From an uncultured Anaerolineae bacterium (GTDB lineage: Bacteria; Chloroflexota; Anaerolineae; VGOG01), in assembly GCA_964525665.1 (NCBI GenBank), contig CAZGKH010000002.1, positions 1-30,309 of the forward strand: DNA of 30,309 bases. Direction: 5' to 3'. The notes beneath the pieces are model-generated. The model made no database searches and was not told the origin of the DNA. It saw nothing but the letters and a program-made list of their open reading frames with translations. Shown here one piece after another: positions 16,801 to 23,761 of this stretch. A program made the position numbers and the translations under genes. Position 1 is the stretch's first letter. Each line of letters opens with the position of its first letter.

Positions 16801-16952
16801 GCCAGAGTGACAGCCGACGATAGGAGGGCTGTCTGGGGCAAGGAGTTGAGCCCTGATTGGGTACGGTAACAATTCTCGGCCAGGAAGCGACTGGTGAAAG
16901 CGCCTGAAGCCAGGCCTGCTCCCAGTACAAGAATCCAATATCGAATATCCAA
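13830..16952 (-). CDS. DUF2723/TMEM260-like GT-C membrane glycosyltransferase with C-terminal beta-sandwich repeats
   Basis: ADSFEFQ...LGIAHPTGYPLY, WSQAVIAEVYTLN and GLSLTNH. Three C-terminal repeats of the type LLGYD...LTLYW...Y.V...P..G.YPT..W..GE. Exact start (TTG 16952) is uncertain. Confidence 0.8.
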   Translation of the reverse strand: MDIRYWILVLGAGLASGAFTSRFLAENCYRTQSGLNSLPQTALLSSAVTLAILAFWRLYSAACAKRGKTPLDESLADDALTYTPLLLLLIYLVQRDVTPLQAKVLLWSCLLIVIALKVGVLLRKGVVRQRWVDRAIPVGLLALTFAVYLSTLSPTLGEADSFEFQVVSHTLGIAHPTGYPLYILLGKLFTLLPIGNVAYRVNLISPVFASLAVVCLYLCLAHLTHHRVVSLLAALTFAFSRTFWSQAVIAEVYTLNAFFVALVLYLLLEVGGWRLEVGGANRRIGEIAFVYGLSLTNHLTMILLAPAKLIYSLLTKRRFFTNLKTMLITAGLFLLGLSVYLYIPLRWPALHGQSISLSEFANLVLGSRFRGALHWDAWLKDPERYLILGRLMLEQYGWVGLGLGLLGLVWLLMNKRREAILLLVAYVTYFIYGLNYYVPDISAFIIPAHLIFAIWISAGLHGASQQISKSANQHFHFLAPLLLCSLAALLPLSLLWTNLPQVDMSQHGWEAYRWGQYVLGLDLPSGAAILADSEKIAPLYYLQRVEGMRPDLDIIVMGDEAGYRQQLETRLAQDQPVYLARYLPGLEWRFHLRSLGPLVEVGTTPLTSTVRSPKSEVLSPESDGLGHNIRLLGYDRDSLTIKPPGHLRLTLFWQALDKVDANYHVRLRLVGDNGHVWLEEEGRPPVNGYYPTVAWRPGEIVPDFHELAISGATPPGTYRLEVGLFPPFSEEAVSAAQIGRAHVLEGEGWQSPEDLDIPYPMRASFAGELILLGYDRPSFVRPNGQATLTLYWQRLREGSEDYDVTLQMVDGNGKALWQETSPPLFGEHPTSRWGVGQIVQTSHDLTMPSTAGEIGLLVGLSHGSGEMLPVRSRWLAPLSDWCPLRPIQVRSAPPTGDAAINFDNQILLLGYDLDPSTGSGHRRQQFRPGETLELALTWQGLRRMDEDYTVFVHIIDQEQRIWGQEDIGPVHGTYPTSQWKEGEIVEDIHSVQLSYEAPPGEYQIEIGLYLLSTMARLRVLDEEMKVVDDKVIVEGLAVSP
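14191..14211. repeat. 21-bp element in-frame within the GT-C gene
   Basis: tgtcctgagcctgtcgaaggg, identical to 5832-5852. Reads PSTGSGH in the protein. Confidence 0.85.
15086..15127. repeat. Six degenerate 7-mers (MGGACTY) in-frame in the GT-C gene
   Basis: cggactc aggactt aggactt cggactt aggactc cggactg; 42 nt; reads TVRSPKSEVLSPESD. Confidence 0.8.
15492..15566. repeat. Two adjacent 8-mer arrays in-frame in the GT-C gene
   Basis: agcaaggg agcaaagg agcagggg agcaagaa (15492-15523) and tgatttgc x3 + tgacttgc (15535-15566). Confidence 0.75.
16093..16152. repeat. 8-mer x3 plus CTCCAAC x4-5 arrays in-frame in the GT-C gene
   Basis: tttcgccg attcgccg atttgccc, then ctccaac x4 + ttccaaa (16118-16152). 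Reads LEVGGWRLEVGGANRRIGEI. Same 7-mer family as 10165-10228. Confidence 0.85.
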
Positions 16953-16959
16953 TATCCAG
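16932..16959. repeat. TATCCAA-family 7-mer array spanning the GT-C gene start
   Basis: aatccaa tatcgaa tatccaa tatccag; same family as 1221-1255. Confidence 0.7.
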
Positions 16960-16963
16960 ACTC

Positions 16964-17926
16964 TCAGGGCGCTACTTCGAGGGCCATGTTGTCCAGGTAT
17001 CCGAAAGACCGCTCAAAGCTGGGGCTTGTGTAGAAATACTCCCATCCGTCAAATGGATCGTTTACCCAGAAGCCCTCTTGATTGTAGCCGGTTACTACCA
17101 CCGCGTGCTCGTAATTGACCATCTTCACTTCTTGCCCTGTGCTCAGTGTGATTTCCACTGGCTTTTGCATGCGAAGTCTGTAGGTTACCCAGGCTATGAC
17201 CGGATGCTCTCGGTCCAGAGCTCTCTCTATTCCCTCTAGCCCGTCTTTTACATACGTAACTTCCAGGCCGTTTGCTATCAAGACTTCTCTTATAGGTTCG
17301 GCGTACACTCCATAATCCGTTAAACCGCCAGGGACGCCGTCCAGCCTACCCCTGAAGCCCAGGTAGGGGTTTTCGTTTCTCGGCAGCGCTTTGTTGATCT
17401 CTTCCTCGCTCAAGGGAACTCCATAGAAGTTGGCCACCATCGAGGCGGTCGAGGACTCGCAAGTTAGGCTATGAGCTTGTTTGTAACGTGGCACATCCAG
17501 CTTCACCTCTTTCGAAGAGCTTGTGCTGAGTCCCTCGGCTTCCCCTTCGGCCTCGCTCAGGGCGGAGTCTGGGATAGGCTCCGTCGAAGAATTCTCCTTC
17601 AGCCTTGCGCTCTTCAACGACTCCATCTCGCTGGCCAGGTCCTCGATTCCTGAGTGTATGATCGCTTGTTCTTGTCGAAGGGTTTCTATGTCCATCATGA
17701 GTGTAGCGACGTTCACGGTGAGGGTTACGATGTTTCGTTGGGTGAGTTCTTGCCTTTGTTTGAGGGCCTCTATCTCGGCTCTTAGGGCGGCGACTTCGCT
17801 GTTCTTGCGGTCAGAATAGAATATAATGGCCACCAGCGAGGTCGCCAGGAGAGCACAGGCAACCATCACAACTAGCGAGATAGTTAGGATCCGTGAAGAG
17901 ATGGCAGAGTTTTGCTTTGATTCCAC
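16964..17926 (-). CDS. Membrane-anchored coiled-coil protein with C-terminal C39-like (papain-fold) peptidase
   Basis: Probable GTG 17926 after GGAG. One TM helix, a heptad coiled coil, then YKQAHSLTCES (Gln/Cys) and EHAVVVTGY...WVNDP (His/Asp). Confidence 0.8.
   Translation of the reverse strand: MESKQNSAISSRILTISLVVMVACALLATSLVAIIFYSDRKNSEVAALRAEIEALKQRQELTQRNIVTLTVNVATLMMDIETLRQEQAIIHSGIEDLASEMESLKSARLKENSSTEPIPDSALSEAEGEAEGLSTSSSKEVKLDVPRYKQAHSLTCESSTASMVANFYGVPLSEEEINKALPRNENPYLGFRGRLDGVPGGLTDYGVYAEPIREVLIANGLEVTYVKDGLEGIERALDREHPVIAWVTYRLRMQKPVEITLSTGQEVKMVNYEHAVVVTGYNQEGFWVNDPFDGWEYFYTSPSFERSFGYLDNMALEVAP
17543..17563. repeat. Variant 21-bp element in-frame in the C39 gene
   Basis: Minus strand gccctgagcgaggccgaaggg, reading ALSEAEG in the Ser-rich linker. 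Followed by a second partial unit (gaagccgagggactcagc). Confidence 0.7.
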
Positions 17927-17933
17927 AATAAAC

Positions 17934-19916
17934 TCACTCCGGTGAACTAGATTCTGGGGTTGGCGTGGGCTGCGGTTCGGGTATATCGAAATAATAGCGC
18001 AGGATATCGGTGGCGATAGGCACAGCGGTGATCGTTCCCTCGCCTCCGCCGGCAACGAAGATCACCAGGGCGATCTCTGGTTCCTCGGCAGGAGCGACGG
18101 CCGTGAACCAGGCATGGGTGGGCAGATGTCCTTCATCGTCAATGGGAGGACCGGGGTACTCAGCGGTGCCTGTCTTGCCGGCCACCGCTACCCCCTCTAG
18201 GTTGGCCCCCCAGCCGGTACCCCATTCAACGGCCGCCCGCAGTCCTTCGCGAACCAGGGCCAGGTTTTCCTCTGAAACGGGTATCTCGCCGAGAACCTCT
18301 GGGGTGAAAGGGCGGGTCACTACGCCATCTGCATCGGTTATCTGGTAGACGATCTGGGGGCGGTAGAGCGTTCCTCCATTGACCACTGCTGCGGTAGCGT
18401 TTAGGAGTTGCAAGGGGGTGACCAGGATGAAGCCCTGGCCGATGGCTACGTTGTAAGTGTCGCCAGTAGCCCAGCTCTCGGAGTAGTTCAGCCGCTTCCA
18501 CTTTTTAGTAGGCACCAGGCCACTGGCCTCTCCCGGAAGATCAATGCCTGTCGGTTGGCCCAGTCCAAAAGCGTGAGCATATTCGGCCAATCGTTCCAAT
18601 CCTAAGCCCTGGAACTCTTCGAGGCCTCCCGCGACTTGATAGAAGAAGATGTCACAGGATTGAGCAATACCTTGAATGATGTTTAGCCAACCGTGGCCTC
18701 GACCATACTTGTGGATCCAGCAGTAAAACTGCTGGGCCAACTCAGGATCGTCGGGGAAGTACTTGTTGGGCAGCCAGAGGGTGCCCTCGCAATTCAGGGT
18801 CGTCTTGCTGTTGATAACACCCTCTTCCAGAGCAGCGGCGGCAGGGACGATCTTGAAGGCGGAGCCTGGCGGATATTGGCCGCTGACGGCGTGGTTTACC
18901 AAGGGTTTGCCGGGATCTTCTGTCAGCAAAGCCCAATCCTCTTGGGAAATGCCGCTGGCAAACAGATTGTTATCATAACTTGGCAGAGACACGAAGCTCA
19001 GAATCTCACCAGTTTGGGGATTCATGACGATGGCCACGCCGCTTTCGACGCGACTGGCCTCGCCATAGTAGGCCTCGGCTTCCTCCATGCCCTGGCGCAG
19101 GGCGTCCTCTGTGAACTTTTGTAGATCTAGATCAATTGTGAGGATCAGGTTGTGGCCTGGCAGGGAAGGCTGGGGGTCTCCCACCGCTCTGATCTCGCGG
19201 CCGGCTACGTCCACCTCGCTATACTTGAACCCTTTGCTGCCGCGTAGTTCCTCCTCGAAAGTCAGTTCCACGCCAGTCAGCCCCACCTTGTCGCTGTTGG
19301 GGTCATAGCCCTGACTGGTGTACAGCTCGGCCTGCGCGCCAGGGATATGCCCCATATAGCCGATGATGTGGGAAGTCAGTGCCGCGCTGGGGTATTGGCG
19401 GATAGGCTCTATCTCAATAAGCACTCCAGGCAAGCCCAGGTGCTCCTCTTCAATGATGAAAACGGTGTCGCGGTCTACGTTAGTTTTGAGGGTGAGGGGG
19501 CGATACGGGGCGGTATCGCGTGCCTCGCCCACTATCTCTTTGAGCCCTCGTTGGGGGGGAGCGGGGTCGGCAGAAGCAGTCGCTGCACTGATGGGAATCT
19601 CAAGCAGGGCTGATAGCCGGGAGAGGATGGTCATTTCCTCTTGCTCGTCCTCTGGCAAATAGGCCGGGATTATCGTGACAGTGAAGCTGGGGATGTTCCG
19701 TACCAGAATACGCCCGTGGCGGTCGTAGATAACCCCGCGGGCGGCCTGAATAGGCATCAGGCGGAAGCGGTTGCGGTCAGCCAGCATTCGATAGTACTCG
19801 CCCTCGGCGATTTGCAGCCGCCACATTTGGAGGGCAAAGATCAGGAAGACCAAGATGACGATGCCACGAAAGACCCAGAGTCTTCTCCTAAGGCTAAGAT
19901 CGGCTAATGGGCTCAT
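17934..19916 (-). CDS. mrdA: Penicillin-binding protein 2
   Basis: N-terminal TM helix, RGVIYDRHG, SxxK (GSAFK), SxN-position SCD and KTGTAE. Downstream of mreBCD. Confidence 0.95.
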   Translation of the reverse strand: MSPLADLSLRRRLWVFRGIVILVFLIFALQMWRLQIAEGEYYRMLADRNRFRLMPIQAARGVIYDRHGRILVRNIPSFTVTIIPAYLPEDEQEEMTILSRLSALLEIPISAATASADPAPPQRGLKEIVGEARDTAPYRPLTLKTNVDRDTVFIIEEEHLGLPGVLIEIEPIRQYPSAALTSHIIGYMGHIPGAQAELYTSQGYDPNSDKVGLTGVELTFEEELRGSKGFKYSEVDVAGREIRAVGDPQPSLPGHNLILTIDLDLQKFTEDALRQGMEEAEAYYGEASRVESGVAIVMNPQTGEILSFVSLPSYDNNLFASGISQEDWALLTEDPGKPLVNHAVSGQYPPGSAFKIVPAAAALEEGVINSKTTLNCEGTLWLPNKYFPDDPELAQQFYCWIHKYGRGHGWLNIIQGIAQSCDIFFYQVAGGLEEFQGLGLERLAEYAHAFGLGQPTGIDLPGEASGLVPTKKWKRLNYSESWATGDTYNVAIGQGFILVTPLQLLNATAAVVNGGTLYRPQIVYQITDADGVVTRPFTPEVLGEIPVSEENLALVREGLRAAVEWGTGWGANLEGVAVAGKTGTAEYPGPPIDDEGHLPTHAWFTAVAPAEEPEIALVIFVAGGGEGTITAVPIATDILRYYFDIPEPQPTPTPESSSPE

Positions 19917-19932
19917 CCTTTTCCTCGGAATC

Positions 19933-20433
19933 TTACCAAGCCATCTCCTCCCGTCCCGTTTTACGGTGGAGCCAAAGCAGGGCTCTGTAAACGAAAGGTG
20001 ATAGCAACACGTTGAGCAGGGTAGAGGGCAGCACTATTTTGATCAAGCTATCTGTCCAGACTATCGAATAGCCCCTCACATACAGCAGGAAGAGGAAGAA
20101 CAGGTCGTAGACCAGGGTGGCAACTAGAGTCGCTATCAGGGGGAGGGCGATATGGGTGCGGAAGACGCTCAGCTCTCCCAAGCCAGCCACCAAACTAAGG
20201 GCCACGAGGATCACTGTAGATGTTCCAAAGGGGGCGCCTGAAAGCAAATCCAGTCCAATTCCGCCGACCAGGGCCCAGATCATGCCCTCTTTTGATCCCC
20301 GCAACAGGCTCCAGGAGATCACCATCAGGAGCATGAGGTCGGGCTTCACTCCCAGGATGGTCAGATAGGGCATTGCTGTAGCTTGTACTATGGCGATGGC
20401 ACCTAGCAGCAGGATAGTGGCGTAGATGTTTAT
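19933..20433 (-). CDS. mreD: Rod shape-determining protein MreD (probable non-canonical ATA start)
   Basis: GVKPDLMLL...GLDLLSGAPFG. The frame extends upstream of ATG 20373 through a hydrophobic helix (NIYATILLLGAIAIVQAT) to ATA 20433, 6 nt after a GAGGTGA RBS. TGA two codons further upstream. Confidence 0.88.
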   Translation of the reverse strand: MNIYATILLLGAIAIVQATAMPYLTILGVKPDLMLLMVISWSLLRGSKEGMIWALVGGIGLDLLSGAPFGTSTVILVALSLVAGLGELSVFRTHIALPLIATLVATLVYDLFFLFLLYVRGYSIVWTDSLIKIVLPSTLLNVLLSPFVYRALLWLHRKTGREEMAW

Positions 20434-20488
20434 GGTGACTCACCTCGATCAGACGTAGCGCTTCGTCCTAACGTTAGCGCGCCCCCGC

Positions 20489-20692
20489 TTACCAGTCTTG
20501 AACCGCTAGAGCCGGTTTCATCTCCAGCTTGGTGGGTGGAATACGCTTGGGGGGAAATGAGACTTTCTTACGTTGGTTTTGGTCTTCTTGCGCTTTCAAG
20601 GCGTGGTGAATAGCTCGCAAATCAAAGTTAAACTCTGCTGCGTGGGCTTCTCGCGCTTGACGTACTTCCGCAACAATTGGATCTTGCCACAT
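20489..20692 (-). CDS. Small partner protein of the PIN-domain gene
   Basis: MWQDPIVAEVRQAREAHAAEFNFDL, 3 nt downstream of the PIN gene. This type of small ORF is recalled as commonly following such PIN genes. Confidence 0.6.
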   Translation of the reverse strand: MWQDPIVAEVRQAREAHAAEFNFDLRAIHHALKAQEDQNQRKKVSFPPKRIPPTKLEMKPALAVQDW

Positions 20693-20695
20693 TTC

Positions 20696-21168
20696 CTATT
20701 CCTCCAGTAGCTCTTGAGGCGTGCAGATAATTGGTGGTTCATAATCTGCCAAGCGACAAACGCGCTCGATTTTGTAGCGCATTCTCGCATTCGCAATGTG
20801 CTTGAAGTTCCACGTAAGCAAGTAGTCCATACCGTTGAGTGTCGCCACGGCAACGTGCAGAGCATCCTCTACTGCCTTTTGGGGTATAGGGCCTTCTTTG
20901 ACCAGTTTTTCCGCCAGGGTAACCGCTTCTTCACTCAATGTCAGCAATGGGATGTCCGCAACTGCTTGCAAACGTTGCTGCGCTGCGTTCTCATCGCCTG
21001 CGCTCGCTTCTTGGATAACCAGTTGGGAGATGAACAAGTCAAAATCCTGACGACGCGCTTGCCACCACTCCTGGGTGAGCTGTTGGTTAGCTGCAACAAT
21101 CAAATCACGACTAGGCGCGAGTTTAAGTAGCTGATAATTGATGTTTCAAGATAGACTTTGGGTTTCAT
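20696..21168 (-). pseudogene. PIN-domain protein, frameshifted near the 5' end
   Basis: ATG 21168 gives MKPKVYLETSIISYLNSR then stops (TGA 21102-21100). Another frame continues PSRDLIVAANQQLT...EDALHVAVA...LLTWNFKHIAN...ICTPQELL. Apparent 1-nt deletion near 21113-21124. Confidence 0.8.
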
Positions 21169-21440
21169 TGCACTCCCCTGATGCCCAGCCATCTGCGTTC
21201 GGCGATGTCGAGAGTCTCGCGGCTGGTGTGGAAAACGTACAATTCGCGTTCTGGGGCTTCGCGACGAAGTTGAACGTAGCTTTTCATGGCGGTAACTGAA
21301 TCGGGAAAGGTGCTTACAACGGCCAGTTGCTCCAGAATTCAGTACGTCCCCGACACGTTTGCTTCCGAATGGGCTTTGATGGCCTCAACTAAGAGCCATT
21401 GCTGAGGGTAGTGCTTGCGGATTTCTTGCCATTTCATCAT
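21165..21440 (-). pseudogene. Small conserved-type hypothetical gene interrupted by an in-frame TGA
   Basis: MMKWQEIRKHYPQQWLLVEAIKAHSEANVSGTY, TGA at 21341-21339, then ILEQLAVVSTFPDS...ELYVFHTSRE...RRWLGIRGVQ ending in an ATGA overlap with the PIN start. Confidence 0.65.
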
Positions 21441-21448
21441 TGAATCTA

Positions 21449-21524
21449 CTGAAAAAAGCTCCCGCAGCCGTCCCCGGGTGCGGCAATCGGCCCGAGGACG
21501 GGCCTCAGAGCAGGCTTTTTTCAG
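21449..21524. repeat. 76-bp hairpin/MITE-like element
   Basis: Perfect 11-bp terminal IR ctgaaaaaagc / gcttttttcag. Inner IR ccgtccccggg / cccgaggacgg (1 mismatch). Confidence 0.7.
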
Positions 21525-21590
21525 GGAAGTCATCATTAGTTCTCCCAGGCATCTGTCGATGTAATTCTACACCATACCTTGTACCGATTC

Positions 21591-22436
21591 TCATGGGACC
21601 ATCCTCTCAAAATCAGCAGGCAAGAAGTTGGTAATGACCAGGACTATCTCCAGGTTGTTGAAATCCACGGTGGGCCGAATATCGGCTTGCTGGAACATCT
21701 CAATGTCGCGCTGGTGGATGGCCGTAACTTGGCCGATTATCAACTTCTTGGGGAAGTTGCCGCCCAGGCCCGACGTTAGGACTATGTCGTTGATGTTGAC
21801 CGTATCTTCTTGGGGAATGTATTTCATTAACAGGCTCCCGCCGACCCTGCCTTCTACGACCCCTGTGGCCCGGGAGGTCTGGACGAGAGCGTTCACGGAG
21901 CTGGAGGGGTCTATGATCAGCATCACCTTGGCCCAGTTGGAGCCTACGTCGGTGATGCGCCCCACCAGCCCACGCTCGGTTACTACCGGCATGCCCTGCT
22001 CGATTCCTTGCAGGGAGCCTGAGTCAATGATGAGGTAGCTTAGGAAGTTATTGGGGTCGCGGCCGATGACCCGGCCTTTTACTTCGGCCGCTTTGTAAGT
22101 GTTAGTGGGGTTAGCTTGGGTGAAGTCTAGCAGGCTGCGCAGGGTCTCGTTCTCAGACTCTATTTCCTTCAGCCGTACGTTCTCAATCATCAGACTATCG
22201 GCCAGACCCTGCAGCTCTTCGTTGCGCCGGTGCAGTTCACCGATGTCTTGCGTGGTCTGGGTCAAGTCTTGGATATTGTTGGCCAGGGAGGTAAGCTTCT
22301 CTTGAATGGGGACCACGAAGCGCAGTGCTAGATCTTCAATGGGCTGCAAGTCTTCATTCTGATCTAAGACAATTGCGACTAGGCTCAGCAGGATGAGGAT
22401 GATTAACACGGTGGAGCTGGTTGGCATACGCTTCAC
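21591..22436 (-). CDS. mreC: Rod shape-determining protein MreC
   Basis: TM helix plus coiled coil, then VIGRDP...IIDSGSLQGIEQGMPVVTERGLVGRI, VLTSGLGGNFPKKLIIGQV. Confidence 0.95.
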   Translation of the reverse strand: MKRMPTSSTVLIILILLSLVAIVLDQNEDLQPIEDLALRFVVPIQEKLTSLANNIQDLTQTTQDIGELHRRNEELQGLADSLMIENVRLKEIESENETLRSLLDFTQANPTNTYKAAEVKGRVIGRDPNNFLSYLIIDSGSLQGIEQGMPVVTERGLVGRITDVGSNWAKVMLIIDPSSSVNALVQTSRATGVVEGRVGGSLLMKYIPQEDTVNINDIVLTSGLGGNFPKKLIIGQVTAIHQRDIEMFQQADIRPTVDFNNLEIVLVITNFLPADFERMVP

Positions 22437-22480
22437 CAGAGCTCACTCCTTTGTTTCGACAACCTCAACATAAGGGCTCG

Positions 22481-22534
22481 ACCCTGTACTGTCCGCCCTG
22501 TACTGACCGTACAGGACAGTGTCCAGGACACGTG
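22481..22534. repeat. Nested copy of the acsD 27-bp element in the mreB-mreC spacer
   Basis: accctgtactgtcc [gccctgtactgaccgtacaggacagtg] tccaggacacgtg. Confidence 0.75.
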
Positions 22535-22557
22535 TTGCCAGCCATAATCGGGCCTCA

Positions 22558-23601
22558 TTATGCCACACTGGCCAATATTTTGCTCAAGCTGTCCAGATCT
22601 TCTAGCACCTTGCCAGCTCCGAGGGCCACGCACGTCATCGGATCCTCGGCGACGTACACATGCATCTTTGTTTCGTCGGACAGCCGTTCGGCCAGACCCC
22701 GCAGTTGGCCCACTCCGCCAGCCAAGGCGACGCCTTGCTCCATCAGGTCGGCCACCAGCTCGGGGGGAGTCTCGTCGAGGGCGCTTTTGACCGTATCTAC
22801 AATGACGTTCACAGAGCCAGATAACGCTTCTCTGATCTCTATGCTGCTCACTTCGATTGCTTGTGGCAGACCAGTGATGAGGTTACGTCCCCGCAGGATC
22901 ATGGTCTTTTCCTCTGGCAGGGGATAGGCGGAGCCTATTTCGATCTTCGTTTTTTCGGCCATTCGCTCGCCAATGAGGATGTTGTACTTCTGGCGGGTGT
23001 ATTGAATTATGTCTTCGTCCAGCTCATCGCCAGCCACACGGATTGAGCGGCTGACCACGATCCCGCCCAGGGCGAAGACGGCTACCTCCGTCGTGCCGCC
23101 ACCGATGTCTACGATCATGCTGCCCATTGCCTCGGTGATGGGCAGCCCTGCTCCCAGCGCAGCAGCCATTGGTTCTTCGATAAGGTAGGCCTCGCGGGCC
23201 CCGGCCGAGACGGTGGCGTCGTAGGCGGCCCGTTTCTCCACCTCGGTGCAGCCGTTGGGGATGCCGACCACCACCCTGGGGCGGGGAATGGGAAAGATCA
23301 CCTGGTCGTGCACTTTGGCGATAAAGTAATGGAGCATCTTCTCGGTGATGTCGAATTCGGATATGACGCCATCGCGCAGAGGGCGGATGGCCACGATGTT
23401 GGCCGGGGTACGTCCCACCATTTCTTTGGCTTCATTGCCGATGGCTAGTACTTTCTTGGTTTTCTTTTCGATGGCTACCCAGGATGGCTCGTTAATGACT
23501 ATACCTTTTCCGCGTACGTTAACCAGGGTGTTGGCAGTGCCCAGATCTATGCCGATGTCCAGTGAAAACAGGCCAAAAAGGGCGTTTAGTGGATTAAACA
23601 C
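22558..23601 (-). CDS. mreB: Rod shape-determining protein MreB
   Basis: GTG 23601 after GAGGAGG. Motifs IGIDLGTANTL, PLRDGVI, IEEPMAAALGAG and VDIGGGTTEVAV. Confidence 0.96.
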   Translation of the reverse strand: MFNPLNALFGLFSLDIGIDLGTANTLVNVRGKGIVINEPSWVAIEKKTKKVLAIGNEAKEMVGRTPANIVAIRPLRDGVISEFDITEKMLHYFIAKVHDQVIFPIPRPRVVVGIPNGCTEVEKRAAYDATVSAGAREAYLIEEPMAAALGAGLPITEAMGSMIVDIGGGTTEVAVFALGGIVVSRSIRVAGDELDEDIIQYTRQKYNILIGERMAEKTKIEIGSAYPLPEEKTMILRGRNLITGLPQAIEVSSIEIREALSGSVNVIVDTVKSALDETPPELVADLMEQGVALAGGVGQLRGLAERLSDETKMHVYVAEDPMTCVALGAGKVLEDLDSLSKILASVA

Positions 23602-23655
23602 GTAATCCTCCTCATCATCATCGTTGGCTAATGCTCTATGTCCCAAACTATCCAA

Positions 23656-23705
23656 ATTATACCACAAATCACGTAATTGACAAAAAAACAGCAGTGAGGT
23701 AGAAT
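23656..23705. promoter_or_regulatory. Back-to-back divergent sigma70 promoters with overlapping -35 boxes
   Basis: Plus strand: TTGACA (23677-23682) - 17 nt - TAGAAT (23700-23705). Minus strand: TTGTCA (23683-23678) - 16 nt - TATAAT (23661-23656), with an extended -10 TGn. Confidence 0.7.
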
Positions 23706-23761
23706 GGGGGCCGAACCATGATTAGCCATCCGAGGGATAAAACTACTCAGGAGGTGACTCA

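Noticed and set aside
1177-16959. CRISPR array among the repeats
   Set aside because: Units are 7-8 nt tandem arrays or isolated palindromes. There are no regularly spaced 23-47 nt repeats with unique spacers, and no cas genes.
16964-17926. Bacteriocin-processing (PCAT) system suggested by the C39 domain
   Set aside because: No fused or adjacent ABC exporter and no double-glycine leader peptides. The domain is predicted to be extracytoplasmic behind a TM anchor.
8040-20433. Targeted G-to-A hypermutation (TGG to TAG, ATG to ATA)
   Set aside because: Only two events on different strands; too few to distinguish from ordinary transitions or sequencing error.
21339-21341. Selenocysteine at the in-frame TGA
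   Set aside because: The context is not a redox or Cys motif, no convincing SECIS-like hairpin follows, and the codon lies in an apparent short insert.
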